From Octopus sinensis (lineage: Eukaryota), in NCBI RefSeq assembly GCF_006345805.1, contig NC_043003.1, positions 50,158,001-50,222,000 on the forward strand: a stretch of 64,000 bases of DNA. Reading direction: 5' to 3'. Shown one piece after another: positions 1-12,128 of the stretch. The number at the start of each line of letters is the position of its first letter. Within the stretch, counting starts at the first letter, position 1. Below the pieces are notes generated by a model. It searched no databases. It was not told the DNA's origin and saw only the letters and a list, made by a program, of their open reading frames with translations. A program made the translations under genes and the position numbers.

Positions 1-284
1 CACTGTCTGATAAGGTGGGGCGAAAAATACCTCCAAAATGCTAAGCTTAAACGCACGCGCACACACACACACACACATGCACCAAAAAACTTTTTAGTTG
101 GACCGGAAGAGCCGTGCCCGTGAGCATCTTTTGAGCTCTCGACATACGTGTGTGAAAGGAAGGTATCCAGGAACTGGAAACCTTATCCCGAAAGCTTGCA
201 ACAGAGTGAGTTCTGTTAAAGGCAACAAAAAGCCAGACATTAGTGTTAAGCCGGATCAAGCATACCGCTCAAATAAACGACTGT

Positions 285-470
285 GGGATTTCAACTCAGA
301 ATGCAAAGGGGAGGTTCAATTATCGCAAGGTACCGTATACGATTCTCTAACGCTTCCGCCAGTCTACCGCCTTGTATTGGTACTTTATTTAGCGACCTTT
401 CTTGGATGAAAATAAAATATTGACCTTGGTGGAATTTGAACAAGGAAAGCAAAGTGCCGGAATAAGAACC
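285..470 (-). mobile_element. Degenerate tRNA-derived SINE fragment (family 2)
   Basis: Reverse complement contains gttcaaattccaccaaggtcaa...tttcatcc...ggtcgctaaataaagtac, a decayed version of the family-2 body seen intact at 12735-12940. Confidence 0.5.
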
Positions 471-479
471 AGTGATATA

Positions 480-709
480 TGTGTATATAAATATAAATAT
501 AGATATATATACATACATACACTCACAAACACACACTCGCACGCAAACACACACACACACGCACACACATTTATTTGTATATGTAAATATATATATATAT
601 ACTTATATGCATACATACTTATGCATACATGTGTGTGTATAAATATATATATATATATATTTACATATATATCTATGTATATTTGCTTATGCATGTGTGT
701 GTGTGTATG

Positions 710-758
<49 letters not shown>

Positions 759-800
759 GTATGTATGAGTGGGCGTCTCTGTGTGTATGCATGAATGTAT
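480..800. repeat. Compound (TA)n/(CA)n/(TG)n microsatellite
   Basis: Visible dinucleotide runs. Confidence 0.95.
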
Positions 801-1089
801 GTCTGTGATTCTATATGATGTGTGAGCGAGTAATATGACCCATTACGTTGTTTCCGTACCATGGTTTCATATAGGTTATCGGTAGCCAGCATCTAGAATG
901 TTCAGTGGGCACAACGTTGAGATAATATAGCAAAAGTAAGACTAGATATTCTTTTATTTCGTTCCAGACGTGTTACTCAACTGTTAATAGAAGCCTTCAT
1001 TATTGTCTGACTTGCCTCACTTCTGTATTCAAAATCTAAGACTTTGAAGTTGGGTGCTTTTAAAAATTACGATGACTGTTGCTTGTCAT

Positions 1090-1148
1090 CACCGATGCCA
1101 TCGTCATCGTCATCGTCATCACCCATCACGAACGTCATCATCTTCACC

Positions 1149-1218
<70 letters not shown>

Positions 1219-1458
1219 CCACCATCATCACCACCACTACCACCACCACTACCACCACCACCACCTGCTCCACAACCCACTTGTGGGTGTTGTTATTATT
1301 GCTATAACTATTATTCTTATCATTATTGTTGTCGTTATAACTATTATTACTATTATTATTTTTAGTGTTGTTGCTGTTGTAGTTATTATCATTATTATTG
1401 TTATTATTGTTATTATTATATTATTGTTGTTGTTGTTGTTGTGTTGTTGTTGTTGTTG

Positions 1459-1522
<64 letters not shown>
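1090..1522. repeat. Compound trinucleotide microsatellite (ATC/ACC/ATT/GTT)n
   Basis: Visible runs; they produce the poly-His/Ser/Ile ORFs in the track. Confidence 0.95.
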
Positions 1523-1523
<1 letters not shown>

Positions 1524-1629
1524 CATTCGTTAGTTTGAAAGATTATCTCTACTTCTCGTCCACTGAACATCGTTAGATATTCACTTAGATAACCTACGAG
1601 GAATTATTCATTTTAATGGCTACTTTTAT

Positions 1630-1900
1630 GCACACATACATACATACATACATACATACATACATACATACATACATACACATACATACATACATACATG
1701 CATACACACATACGTCATACATACGCATTTTTGTGTGTATGCATGTATCATATACATTTATATGAATATAAATATACACACACATTTACATAAATAAAAA
1801 TACAAAAGTATGTGTGAATAAATGTGTATATAAATGTGTATATAAATGTGTGTATGTGTGTGTGTGTGTGTGCGTGTGTGTATTTGTGTACATAAATAAG
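1630..1900. repeat. (TACA)n and (TG)n microsatellites
   Basis: Visible runs. Confidence 0.9.
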
Positions 1901-2276
1901 TTGATGTATGTGTGAATGTGTGCTTGTTACTTAGTCCAAGAAAAACAGACAATGTTTCTAATTTTTGCAGGTCTTCCCAGACAAGTAAAATTGATGCGAT
2001 TAATCTTAAATTTGAATTTCTGCCGACGGATGCTGGTAGGGAAATCGTCTTCATTGTGTTTCGAGGTGAAGCAAATGATAAATACAAACATCAAGCGACT
2101 CTGAATGGAGGCTGGTGCACGGTTTGCTGGCCCAGAGAGGAACCGTCGCAATATTTGTAGAAGTGACAGTGTATGGACACACATACATATATATGCATAA
2201 ATACATACAGACAGACACACGAATGCACACATATGAGTGGGGATAATTTTTTTTTATTTGAGACCTTTTTATTCAC

Positions 2277-2336
<60 letters not shown>

Positions 2337-2405
2337 GTTATTATTATTTTAATGTCTTCATCTATAGTAGCTCACCTACCTGTTCTTCTTCAATGCAGAC
2401 AACTA

Positions 2406-2830
2406 ATGGATTCGAAGCTGCAGCAATGTGCCGTCATTGAGATGTTAGCGGAAAAGGAGCGCATGACATACAACATCCACTGAGAGCTACAAGTCGTTTA
2501 CTGAGATGAAAAGAAGAAATGAAAATAAGAATGAAGAGCTCTGTGCATAGATGGACGTAGTTTAAAGAGGTAGAAACCAGCTTTGAGGATAAATCACACC
2601 GTAGACCATCAACTGCGACCATCGACAGAAATTGCCAGAGAGGGAATGAGTTGGCTCGTGCAGGGAGAATGATGGTCAGTAAGTATTTTGTGCCAACAGA
2701 CTGCGGTCACAATGCATTACAGAATTTGAGGAAGATTTTAGGTATCGGAAAGTATAAGCGAAGTGATTACCGTGGTTGCTCATACACGATTTGAAAGAGA
2801 AAACGTTAGAAATCTGCTGTGATCAGCTGG
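2406..2830 (+). pseudogene. Degenerate mariner transposase, N-terminal HTH part
   Basis: Across stops and frameshifts it reads MDSKLQQCAVIEMLAEKE...SSVHRWT*FKEVETSFEDKSHRRPSTAT...LGYRK...LPWLL..DLKEKR.EICCDQL. This matches the mariner pattern QRAVIEFL...RW..FK.G..S.ED..R.GRP...KV.A.WVP..LT...K..R...C. Confidence 0.75.
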
Positions 2831-2960
2831 AAGCATTTGTTTCATTCATATCGTGTTCATCATCCTTTAAATCCTAAGATTTCGCAGATTTTTATAGTCC
2901 CAGATTTCGTGATCATTCATAGTATATGAATTAAGGAGTTGCATTCACTGTAAGTATATA

Positions 2961-3040
<80 letters not shown>

Positions 3041-3069
3041 ATAGATATATATATATATATATATAATAT

Positions 3070-3448
3070 ATAGCAGTATCGCCCGGCGTTGCTCAGGTTT
3101 GTAGGGAAATAACTATAAAGCATTTTTAGAGAGTTATAGCCAAAAAATAGCAAAAAAATGGAAAAAAATGATGGTAATTTTTTTTTTAGTTAAAAAAGGT
3201 GGAGTTGCGTCCCCTAGACAGTTTGCGGTTTGTGTTTCTGATTCTCGACCCCATGTCGAATTTATCGATTTTTTTCAGAACTGGGGGAACTTTTCAAAAT
3301 TTTCGCTGCGTTAGTTTTGAATTATGACATTGGGCTATGTGTGTGTCAAGTTTCATCAGAATCGGTTGAAAGCCGTGGTCAGGGTGAGGGTACAAGCAAA
3401 CAGACACACAGAAACACGCACAGACAAACTGCCGTTTATATATAGAGA
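3070..3448 (-). mobile_element. Non-autonomous Helitron
   Basis: Minus strand starts A|TCTCTATATATAAACGGCAG with a (GTCT/GT)n tract and ends with the hairpin cctgagcaacgccggg plus cgatactgCTA(t), a decayed CTAG. No TSD. Same 5' end as the element at 42115-42478. Confidence 0.8.
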
Positions 3449-4680
3449 TATATATATATGATATAATATAGTATATATTATATTATTATATTATGTTATA
3501 TTATATTATATTGCTAGTCAGATTTGAAGTCTCAAGTGTAACCGGCCGAAACTGTAAGGATAATCTGGAAACTTGACTGAGTAGAGAAGGCCACGAATGG
3601 CCTGTTCTTGTTTTGTCCTGTCCGTCCGTCTGTTGTTTTTCCTCTCTGTCTTCGTATCGTCTGTATGTCCAGATGTTTTATTACCGTCTGTTGCGTTCTT
3701 GTTCCATTTTGGGGATTTATCTATACATATAGCAGCGTACGTACACTTTTGCTCACCTTGTAAGTATATATCTAAATTCTGAACGACTTTTTTACTCCTT
3801 CTTTTAGTGCCGCTCATACTTTCTTCTTTCTTTCTTTCTTTCTTTCTTTCTTTTTCTCGCTCCCCCTCTTTCACATTTCTTGGCCTTCTCTTTCTTTAGT
3901 CTACCTATTTTCATCGTTTACCTCCCCCGTACCTTCTCTATGTCCTTTTGAATTTTTCCCATCTTTCTCGCCCTCCCGCTAATTCTTCAATTTCTTTGCA
4001 CCCTACCTCTTTCATTTCCTTCAACGTGACCGGTTTTCAGCCAAGCATGATCTTTCTTCGCTCGACTGCTAGACACGAAGCATCTCTTATTCCTGTCTCC
4101 TGCTTTTCATTTCTGATGTTCATCAATGTTCGTGCCTCAAGGCTTTCACTCCACACACCGCAGCTCAACTTGATTCGCCTCTATTAATCGAAAGGCACCT
4201 GTTGTTATTTTCTTGTTGTTTGTATTTGGAACTGAGCGACATTTTCTCCAATATTTTTTTGTCTTTGTTGTCGTACACATTCGCCTGCTTTTTTCCCAAA
4301 ATCACCGTTGACCTACAGGGCCTGTTTAATCCTTGAGTAGGAGTACAAGTCCACATAATTTCAGGCATGTTCACATAATGGCAGGTCAGTGTTATACATA
4401 CCTAGGGACCAACCCTCTTCCAAGTCCTGTATATATAAGCTACAAAACATTCTTCTGGTATTTGACACATACACACACACACACACACACACATATATAT
4501 GTTACGGAGATGTGTTTGCATAGCAAGTAAATTCATCTGAGATCGTGTGCTGAAACAAAAACAATTGCAGATTCCACTCGGGAGTACCCATCTATAATCA
4601 TCTACATGTAGACGTCCCTCATCCCTGTCTCTCATCTACATGTAGAGGTCCATACATACATGTTGAGATGCATGATACTG

Positions 4681-4751
<71 letters not shown>

Positions 4752-5885
4752 GCTATATATATCCTATGTGTAGATGTATGTGTGTGTGTGTATGTATGAG
4801 TATGTATGTCTGTATGAATGTGTATATGCATGTACGTAATTGCATGTATGTATATATATTTATAAATATTATATCTTTATATATATGTGTATGTGTATGT
4901 ATGTATGCATGCTTATATAAATGAATATGTTTATGTAAAATACACGCAAAAAGAAAAGCATTTGAGTTTAACACTTGTCTGAAAATAGAGACAAATATAT
5001 ATGTATAGATGGATAAATGCATATATGTGTATAGTGTAAGATTATGCGTATATATGTGTGTGTGTATACGTGCTTAAATTATTGTGAGTGCTTGTACATA
5101 TGTATCGCTAAGTTTATATTTGCATGTATGTATCTAAGACATTGTATTCTCCGTTAAACTGGTGAAAGAAACACATATATATATATACACAAAACATTCG
5201 ACAGAGTAACAGTTACATATATAACTTGAACAGGCACACATATCAGTACATAAACATACGTTTACATGTACATACACATATAGACACACGCAGACACGTC
5301 TATTCACTAGCATATATAAATACTCACATACATAATACATACATACATATATACGTACATACATACATACATACATACATACACCACATACATACATACA
5401 TACATACATACATACATACATACATACATACATACATACATACATACATACATACATAAACGCCATGAACTGCCTGTTACTTTCTCAGATGCAGTACTAA
5501 GTTTTGTCAGTGAACAGGTCGGGGTTTAAAGGGAAAATATTTTGGCACAAATTAAATTTAAATGTTCAAGTGAATCTAACGTTTTTTGTGTGTTCTTAAA
5601 TGGCTCACAAACAAGTACGCTGCAATTGTGTGTGTGTGTCAGAATGTACTCACCGACACATGCCCGCACCCATACCCTTCCTTAATGACCGTTTACACCC
5701 GCCGCTTACGTCTTTCACCTTTTGGTGCTTGCTCAAATTCCCCTTCTCTTTTCATGTGTTTATGTATGTATATGTATACATGTATATGCATATATATATA
5801 TATATATTCTTTTATACTTTTATTCTTTTATTTGTTTCAGTCATTTGACTGCGGCCTTGCTGGAGCACCAACAAATCGAACCCAG

Positions 5886-6389
5886 TTTTGGAGCAGGCCG
5901 AGATCCCCAGCATTGGAGCTATGCTAGTGAAGTATCAACTCCGATGGGCATGGCATGTCTCCAGGATGGAGAACCATCGCCTTCCTAAGATTGCCCTGTT
6001 TGGCGAACTCTCCACCGGCCACCGTGAGAGAGGAGCCCCGAGGAAACACTTCGAAGACTGCTTCAAAACAGTTTCCTACTGCATGTCATGTTGATCACCA
6101 ATGCTGGACAGACCTGGCTGTGGACCGTGATGCCTGGTGCCAAACGATCTTCAACGCGGTCAACGAGTTTGAAGAACATGGAAGAGACGCGCATAAAGAC
6201 AAGAGACGCATGAGGAAGGCCCGAGCTGCCTCTCACACCACACCGGATGTTATCTTCATCTGTGGACACTGCTCACGGACCTGCCTTTCCTGTATCGGAC
6301 TTGTCAGTCATGAGCGTGCCGGCAGACGACGTGGACAGTCTTCCAAATCTTCGTCCGCGAAGCCAATCCATGATGATGATCATGATGAT
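5886..6389 (+). mobile_element. RTE-clade LINE 3' fragment (pseudogenised ORF C-terminus plus short 3' UTR)
   Basis: VLEQAEIPSIGAMLVKYQLRWAWHVSRMENHRLPKIALFGELSTGHRERGAPRKHFED, one frameshift, then WTDLAVDRDAW...FICGHCSRTCLSCIGLVSHER (C2H2-like). Ends ttcgtccgcgaagccaatcca(TGA)n. Confidence 0.9.
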
Positions 6390-6699
6390 ATGTGTGTGTG
6401 TGTGTGTGTGTATGTACACACACACACACACACAAACACGTACACACATACAAGCAAGCAAGCAAGCAAACGAATATACATATACACATAGTTGCACCAG
6501 AATGTGATTAGTTGAGCTTGATAAGTCTTACGACTGCAGATCTGAAAATCGCTGATTGAAAACGGTTTCTAATGTTGATCTTCTGGAGCTAGACGTTTTT
6601 TTTTTTATATGGAGAAGGCCAAATTTGATGCCTGGCTTTGCCTCTGAATTTGCGTGCAGTAAGAAATAGTTTACCGGGCTAGTTCATTAGCAAAGAATG

Positions 6700-6812
6700 T
6701 CGCTTACACGCGCGCGCGCGCACACACACACACACACACTAACACTCACACACCCGCACCCGCACATACACAATATATTTATGTATGCGTGCGTGCATAT
6801 GCGTACTTATGC

Positions 6813-6853
<41 letters not shown>

Positions 6854-7210
6854 TATATATATATTATATAATATATATATATATATATGTATATATATAT
6901 TATATATGTATATATATGTATATATATGTATGTATGTATATATATATATATATATGCATATATATATATATGCATGCATATGCATTGATGCATATGTATG
7001 TGCATATTATATACAGATATACATACAATATGCAAAATATCTAATACATACATGCATATATAAATGCATATATATGCATATATATAAATGCATATATATG
7101 CACATATATAAATGCATACATATGCATATATATATGGGTGTGTGTGTGTGTATGTGTGTGTATATGTGTGTGTTGGTGGGTGGGTGTTTGTGGGTGTGTA
7201 TACGTGTATA
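6700..7210. repeat. Compound (CG)/(CA)/(TA)/(TG) microsatellite
   Basis: Visible runs. Confidence 0.9.
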
Positions 7211-7954
7211 TGTAGTTATTCATTTAATTATTGTTTGAAATCTAGGCCAGAGGTCAGAACTCAGACTAAATTATATTAGCAATCGCTTGAAGTCAAACTT
7301 TCGAACTTCTAGTTCCCACGTTCAATCAAAACTGCTATACGTCTGACTACTTCTCTCTCTCTCTCTCTCTCCCTCTCCCCCCTCTCTCCCCCTCCTCTCC
7401 CTCTCTCCCTCTCCCTTTCCCTTTTTTCCTCTCTCTCGCCCTCTCTCATATCTATCTTCCTCTTATTCTCTATTTCTTTCAGTTCTCTTTTAAATACGCT
7501 CTCACATGCTTCTGCTTTTGTTTCTATATACGTTTGTGTGTGTGTGTGCATATGCGTCGCCTGTGTGCTCTTAATGCTTATGCATTTAAGTGTATAGGTG
7601 CATATGTATACAAGTAAGTGTACATTTTACATGTGCGTTTGTGTCTGTCTGTATATATATGTGTGTGTGTGTGTGTGTATGCATGCGTGTGAAGTTAAAT
7701 TAATCACTATATTTTGATCGTAAATCAAATCTAAAATGACACTTGTTATCGTTAAGCCCCAGGGCAAATCAGATTGAGCTGACGTATGATCAAAAGCGTT
7801 CCAGCCACGACAAGGACACATTAATGTACTAGTACATTATCAAATGTGTTCTTGTCTTATTTAAGAAAGTAGGGTGAGATTTGTAGGAAATTTAGCTGCA
7901 ACTGCATATCCCTAACTAGATGGGAGCTTTTTGTGAAAGAGGAAGCGAGAAGTT

Positions 7955-8357
7955 AGGAGTGGCTGTGTGGTAAGTACCTTGCTTACCAACCACATGGTTC
8001 CGGGTTCAGTCCCACTGCGTGATACCTTGAGCAAGTGTCTTCTCCTATAGCCTCGGGCTGACCAAAGCCTTTGTGAGTGGATTTGGTAGACGGAAACTGA
8101 AAGAAGCCCGTCGTATATATGTATAAGTATATATATGTGTGTGTGAGTTTGTGTGTCTGTGTTTGACCTCCAACATCACTTGACAAGCGATGTTGGTGTG
8201 TTTACGTCCCCGTAACTTAGCGGTTCGGCAAAAGAGACCGATAGAATAAGTACTAGGCTTACAAAGAATAAATCCTGGCGTCGATTTGCTCGACTAAAGG
8301 CGGTGCTCCAGCATGGCCGCAGTCAAAATGGCTGAAACAAGTAAAAGAGTAAAAGAG
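7955..8357 (+). mobile_element. Full-length SINE family 1 (tRNA head, CORE-like accttgrgcaagt motif, internal microsatellite, LINE-derived tail)
   Basis: aggagtggctgtgtggtaag...ggttccgggttcagtccc head, then ...ggcggtgctccagcatggccgcagtc...tgaaacaa(gtaaaaga)n tail. About ten further copies or fragments in the window. Confidence 0.9.
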
Positions 8358-9688
8358 ACTACCTACTTCTGATATGACTATTATTTCTTAGTACTGAAAA
8401 TTGTTAGGCTTTCGTAGTTTCTGTCCCCCCCCCCAAAAAAAAAGGCCTCGCACAAAGGGCCTATCGTATAGTCTGAAGTACATCTTGTTCATATTTCCAA
8501 ACTGGTTTACACCAGCACAAGCCACGAGGGACACCTGATCTGCAAGGAAATCCCCTAGAAAAGCAATCAAGTCCTGGAAGTCGAGTCAGGTGGAATTTGA
8601 ATCAGACCCTAAAAGTACGACGAAAGGAAAAAGAAAAAAAGAAAACAAAAATACAGTTAAACAATCAAACTAACGCTCTAAAGTCATTCCACCACCATAA
8701 AACTATCAGCACTTGTTTTTTTTTTATTTATATTTATTATTTTGTTTTAATCAGCACACAAGTATAGGTTCTTTAGATTGTGCACCAGAATGAAAATTTC
8801 TCTAATAATATCATGAACGTTTCCCGTACAAGAGCTGTATATCAATTACAGACGAATTCATTCGAAAGTAATGTAGCCGCAGAGATTCAATATGTTAAAG
8901 AATTAATCACAACAATATTTCCGACATTTTATTGAAAGTTCTCCATGTGTTTGTCATCAGGCAAACACATGAATCCACAAAATTTCTGTCGGTAATTTTC
9001 AGTAATGAGCGAAAGTCAATCTGAAACAGTAGTAATTTTCTTTCCACATTTATTAAATTTATTTATTAATTATATTAATTAATTTCAAATAAAAGCAAAA
9101 AAAATATAGAAAATGAGCTAAATTGGCTTAGAAAGTGAAAAAACATTAAGGAAAAGAAACTTAAAACCACTTTTTTTTGTGTCTATTTTGATTTGTTTTT
9201 GTCGTGTTCGTAATTATAACCGTTGCAGAAAATGAGTCAACGTGGTACCGCGTTCGTCGGGGTTGTGGAGACGAAGGGCATAACGTTTCGGTTGCTTTGC
9301 TAGTACATATGTGAGGAGTTCGAATCAAATGAAGAACTCCAGAATTTTACATGTTCTAATGCTATTGTTTAGAAGTAGGTTCTCCAGTCGTGTTTGGAAA
9401 AGATACCTATGGTAACCTTGCATCCTATCTACAAAGTTAGGTTTTTATTATTATTATTATTATTATTCGGTAATCCCCTGAGTATATGAAACAAGGACAA
9501 TGAAACATTCATATGTACTGACCATATGTGTGTGTATGCATGTATTTATTTGTATGTATGTAAGTATGTATATATATATATATATATATAACGGGAAGCT
9601 TTATGAAAATAAACAAAAGACGAAGGCAGGTGGAAAACAAACGAACAATTGTATTAGTATGGCGCTCAGGAAATATAAATAAAACAAG

Positions 9689-9726
9689 TCTTTAACGTTT
9701 CGAGCCTACGCTCTTCAACAGAAAGA
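9689..9726 (-). ncRNA. Minimal type-I hammerhead ribozyme motif (A6U variant)
   Basis: tcttt-CTGTTGA-a-gagc(gtag)gctc-GAAAC-GT-T-aaaga: 5-bp stem I, 4-bp stem II, palindromic ACGU stem III. Confidence 0.6.
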
Positions 9727-10509
9727 TACACAGAGAGAGAAAAACACAGAAAGAAGGAGAGAAAAAAAATGCGTGCAGTAGCTAACGAATCAACATGGCG
9801 ATCTGATTTCGGCCAGAGGTCAAAGATCAAACATGAGACGCGAGAGCGAAATAAGGGAGATAATAGGGTTGATAATAGGGTTGAGGGACCAGCTAAAAGT
9901 GCGTGGGAGGGGTCTGGATGTGTGTATGTATAGGTTGGTGTATGTATTAGTATGTATAAGGGTGTGTGTGTGTGTGTATGAGAGAGTATTAGTGCGTAAG
10001 ATTGGTCTGGACGTGCGTATGTATGGGGTTGGTGTATGTATTAGTATGTATTAGTATGTATTAGTACGTATTGGTATGTATAGGTATGTGTGTGTGTGAG
10101 AGAGTATAAGTGCGTATGCGGGGTCTGGACGTGTGTATGTATAGGGTTGGTGTAATTATTAGTATGTACTAGTATGTATTAGTACGTATTAGTATGTATT
10201 AGTTGGTGTGTGTATTAGTATGGCACATCATATGTGATGTGATGTGTAAAGTCATGTGGTGTAGTGAGGAGAAGAGGGGGAGGAGAAGGGGGAAGAGGAG
10301 AGGATGGGGAAAAGGAAGGGGAGGAGGGGGATGAAGGAGGAAAGAGGGAGAGGGGAGAGAGGGAGTGAGGGAGCAGAGGGAAGGGGAAGAGGGAGGGAGA
10401 AAGAGGGAGAAGGGAAGGGGCGTAGGGTGAAAGGATGAAGGACTGAAGAAGTAGGGGTCGGGGGGAGAAAGGATAGGTGAGGAGGGGGGAGAGGGGGGTT
10501 AGATGAGGA

Positions 10510-11700
10510 GGGGGGAGAGTTGAGACTAAATGGCGTATAAGAGCGAAGAGAGAAGATTAATTCCTGTTCACGGCGCAAACGGGAATCCGGATGGCCTCTG
10601 TGTAAGGACAAACCGAACACAGATAGGTGTTGCAAGGAGTGACCGGTGGAGCGGAAATGGCGTGAGACCGGTGTGTCGTTCGCAAGGTGGATGTCACGAA
10701 GGTGTTCCGCGAACCGGTCAGCCAAGCGGCGTCCCGTTTGTCCGATGTACAAGGAAGAGAGAGCAAGAGATGCAATAGATAATATTGCTGGAGGTGCAGG
10801 TGAAGGAGTGGATGATGGGATAGGGTCGATGGTGGGTGCTAGTGAGGCGGGTGGTGTTGGAGAGGTAAGGGCAAGTGCGGCAACGTGGGCGGGAGCAGGG
10901 GAACGAGCCGGGTTGGGAGGTAGGGTCAGGGAAGGAGCTATGGACCAAAAGGTCTCGAAGGTTGTGGGCTCGTTTGAAAGAGGGGAGGGGTCGGTTAGGG
11001 AAGAGGTGTGAAGTGGACGGGTCGGACTGTAGATGACGGAAAGCTCGAAGAATGGTGCGTTGGAGACGTAGGGTCGTGGGGTGGTAAGTGAGGGGAAAAG
11101 GGAGGCGGGAGACTACAGGGCGGGTTCGGGGAGAGAGAGCAGATACACGGTCCACGGACCGTGCTCTGGCAAGGGCGGTGTGGATAGTGGTGGGGGGTAT
11201 CCACGTAGGGTGAAGTGGTGAGCCATACGTTGAGACTGAGTCTCAAAGTCATGGTCGTCACTACAGAGCCTACGTAGACGGAGGAATTGGGAATAGGGGA
11301 TGGAAAGCTTGGTGTGTTCTGGGTGGGAGGAAGCGAAGTTGAGGTATGAGTGTGAGTCTGTGTGTTTGTAGTGAATGGAGGTGGTAAGAGTGGAGTGAAG
11401 AATGCTAACCGAAATGTCGAGGAAGGAGACAGAGGTGTTGGAGATAGTGGAAGTGAAGTGGAGGGCTGGATGGAAAGATTGGACGAAAGAGAGGAAGGAA
11501 TCTAGATGTTCGCGGGAGAGTGAGGTGGCACCGATAATGTCGTCAATATAACGACCATATAGTTCAGGAGTGGGACCAGTGAAATTAGAGAATATTTGGG
11601 CCTCAACATAGCCAACGAACAGGTTCGCATAGTTGGGGCCCATTCGCGTTCCCATGGCCACTCCCGAGACCTGATGGTAGAACTCGCCCGCGAACGAGAA
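10510..11700 (-). pseudogene. Penelope RT-GIY-YIG polyprotein C-terminal half, two frameshifts
   Basis: FSFAGEFYHQVSGVAMGTRMGPNYANLFVGY...YGRYIDDI...FLDI...YKHTDSHSYLNFASSHP...SIPYSQFLRLRRLCS. Cys-rich linker PCSRPRCRTCPY...FTCTSSNIIYCISC. YIGQTGRRLADRFAEH...HF. Frameshifts near 11190 and 10760. Confidence 0.95.
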
Positions 11701-11764
11701 ATATATGTACGTATGAATGTCCTATGTGTATGTAGACATAAACGACAACAACAACAACAACAAC

Positions 11765-11803
<39 letters not shown>

Positions 11804-12128
11804 CTTTTCTGCTCTGAGATTTCGGGGGAGGGGGTGAGTCGATTAGCTCGATCTCAGGACGCAACTGGTACTTAATTTATTGATCCCGAAAGTCGACGAG
11901 ATTTTGTGCCAGATAAACCATCAAAGCATTCCCTTTTTACTTGTCAAGCGCAGAGCACGTATTTTCCTCTATTCACGTACAAGACAATATTTTTATGTCT
12001 TAAGCAAAGTATGTATAAAAGACATGTAAGACAGTAAGTTGGCCACTGTTGACAAAATTATTGTGTTAATCAAGATTAATATCGTTTTTTTTTTTTATTT
12101 GTATAACCTTTTTTTAAGGAGTGACATA

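Larger units (their letters stand above)
9590..11700 (-). mobile_element. 5'-truncated Penelope-like element (probably Neptune-type) with 3' terminal-repeat region
   Basis: RT and GIY-YIG coding remnants, followed by a C-rich tract, ~100-bp tandem units and a terminal region containing a hammerhead motif. The 3' end abuts (TA)n. Confidence 0.9.

Noticed and set aside
389-1576. Long ORFs rich in YI/HT/VC/poly-His/Ser
   Set aside because: They are translations of microsatellites. The same applies to most ORFs in the track, e.g. 6697-7238, 27395-28652, 35515-36121, 52007-52379 and 57162-57691.
3940-4440. Very degenerate RTE-like coding remnant on the minus strand
   Set aside because: Only a weak ELA..RERW-like resemblance among many stops; not supportable without alignment.
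11113-11661. 182-aa RT ORF as an active retroelement
   Set aside because: It is 5'-truncated inside the RT and has two downstream frameshifts.
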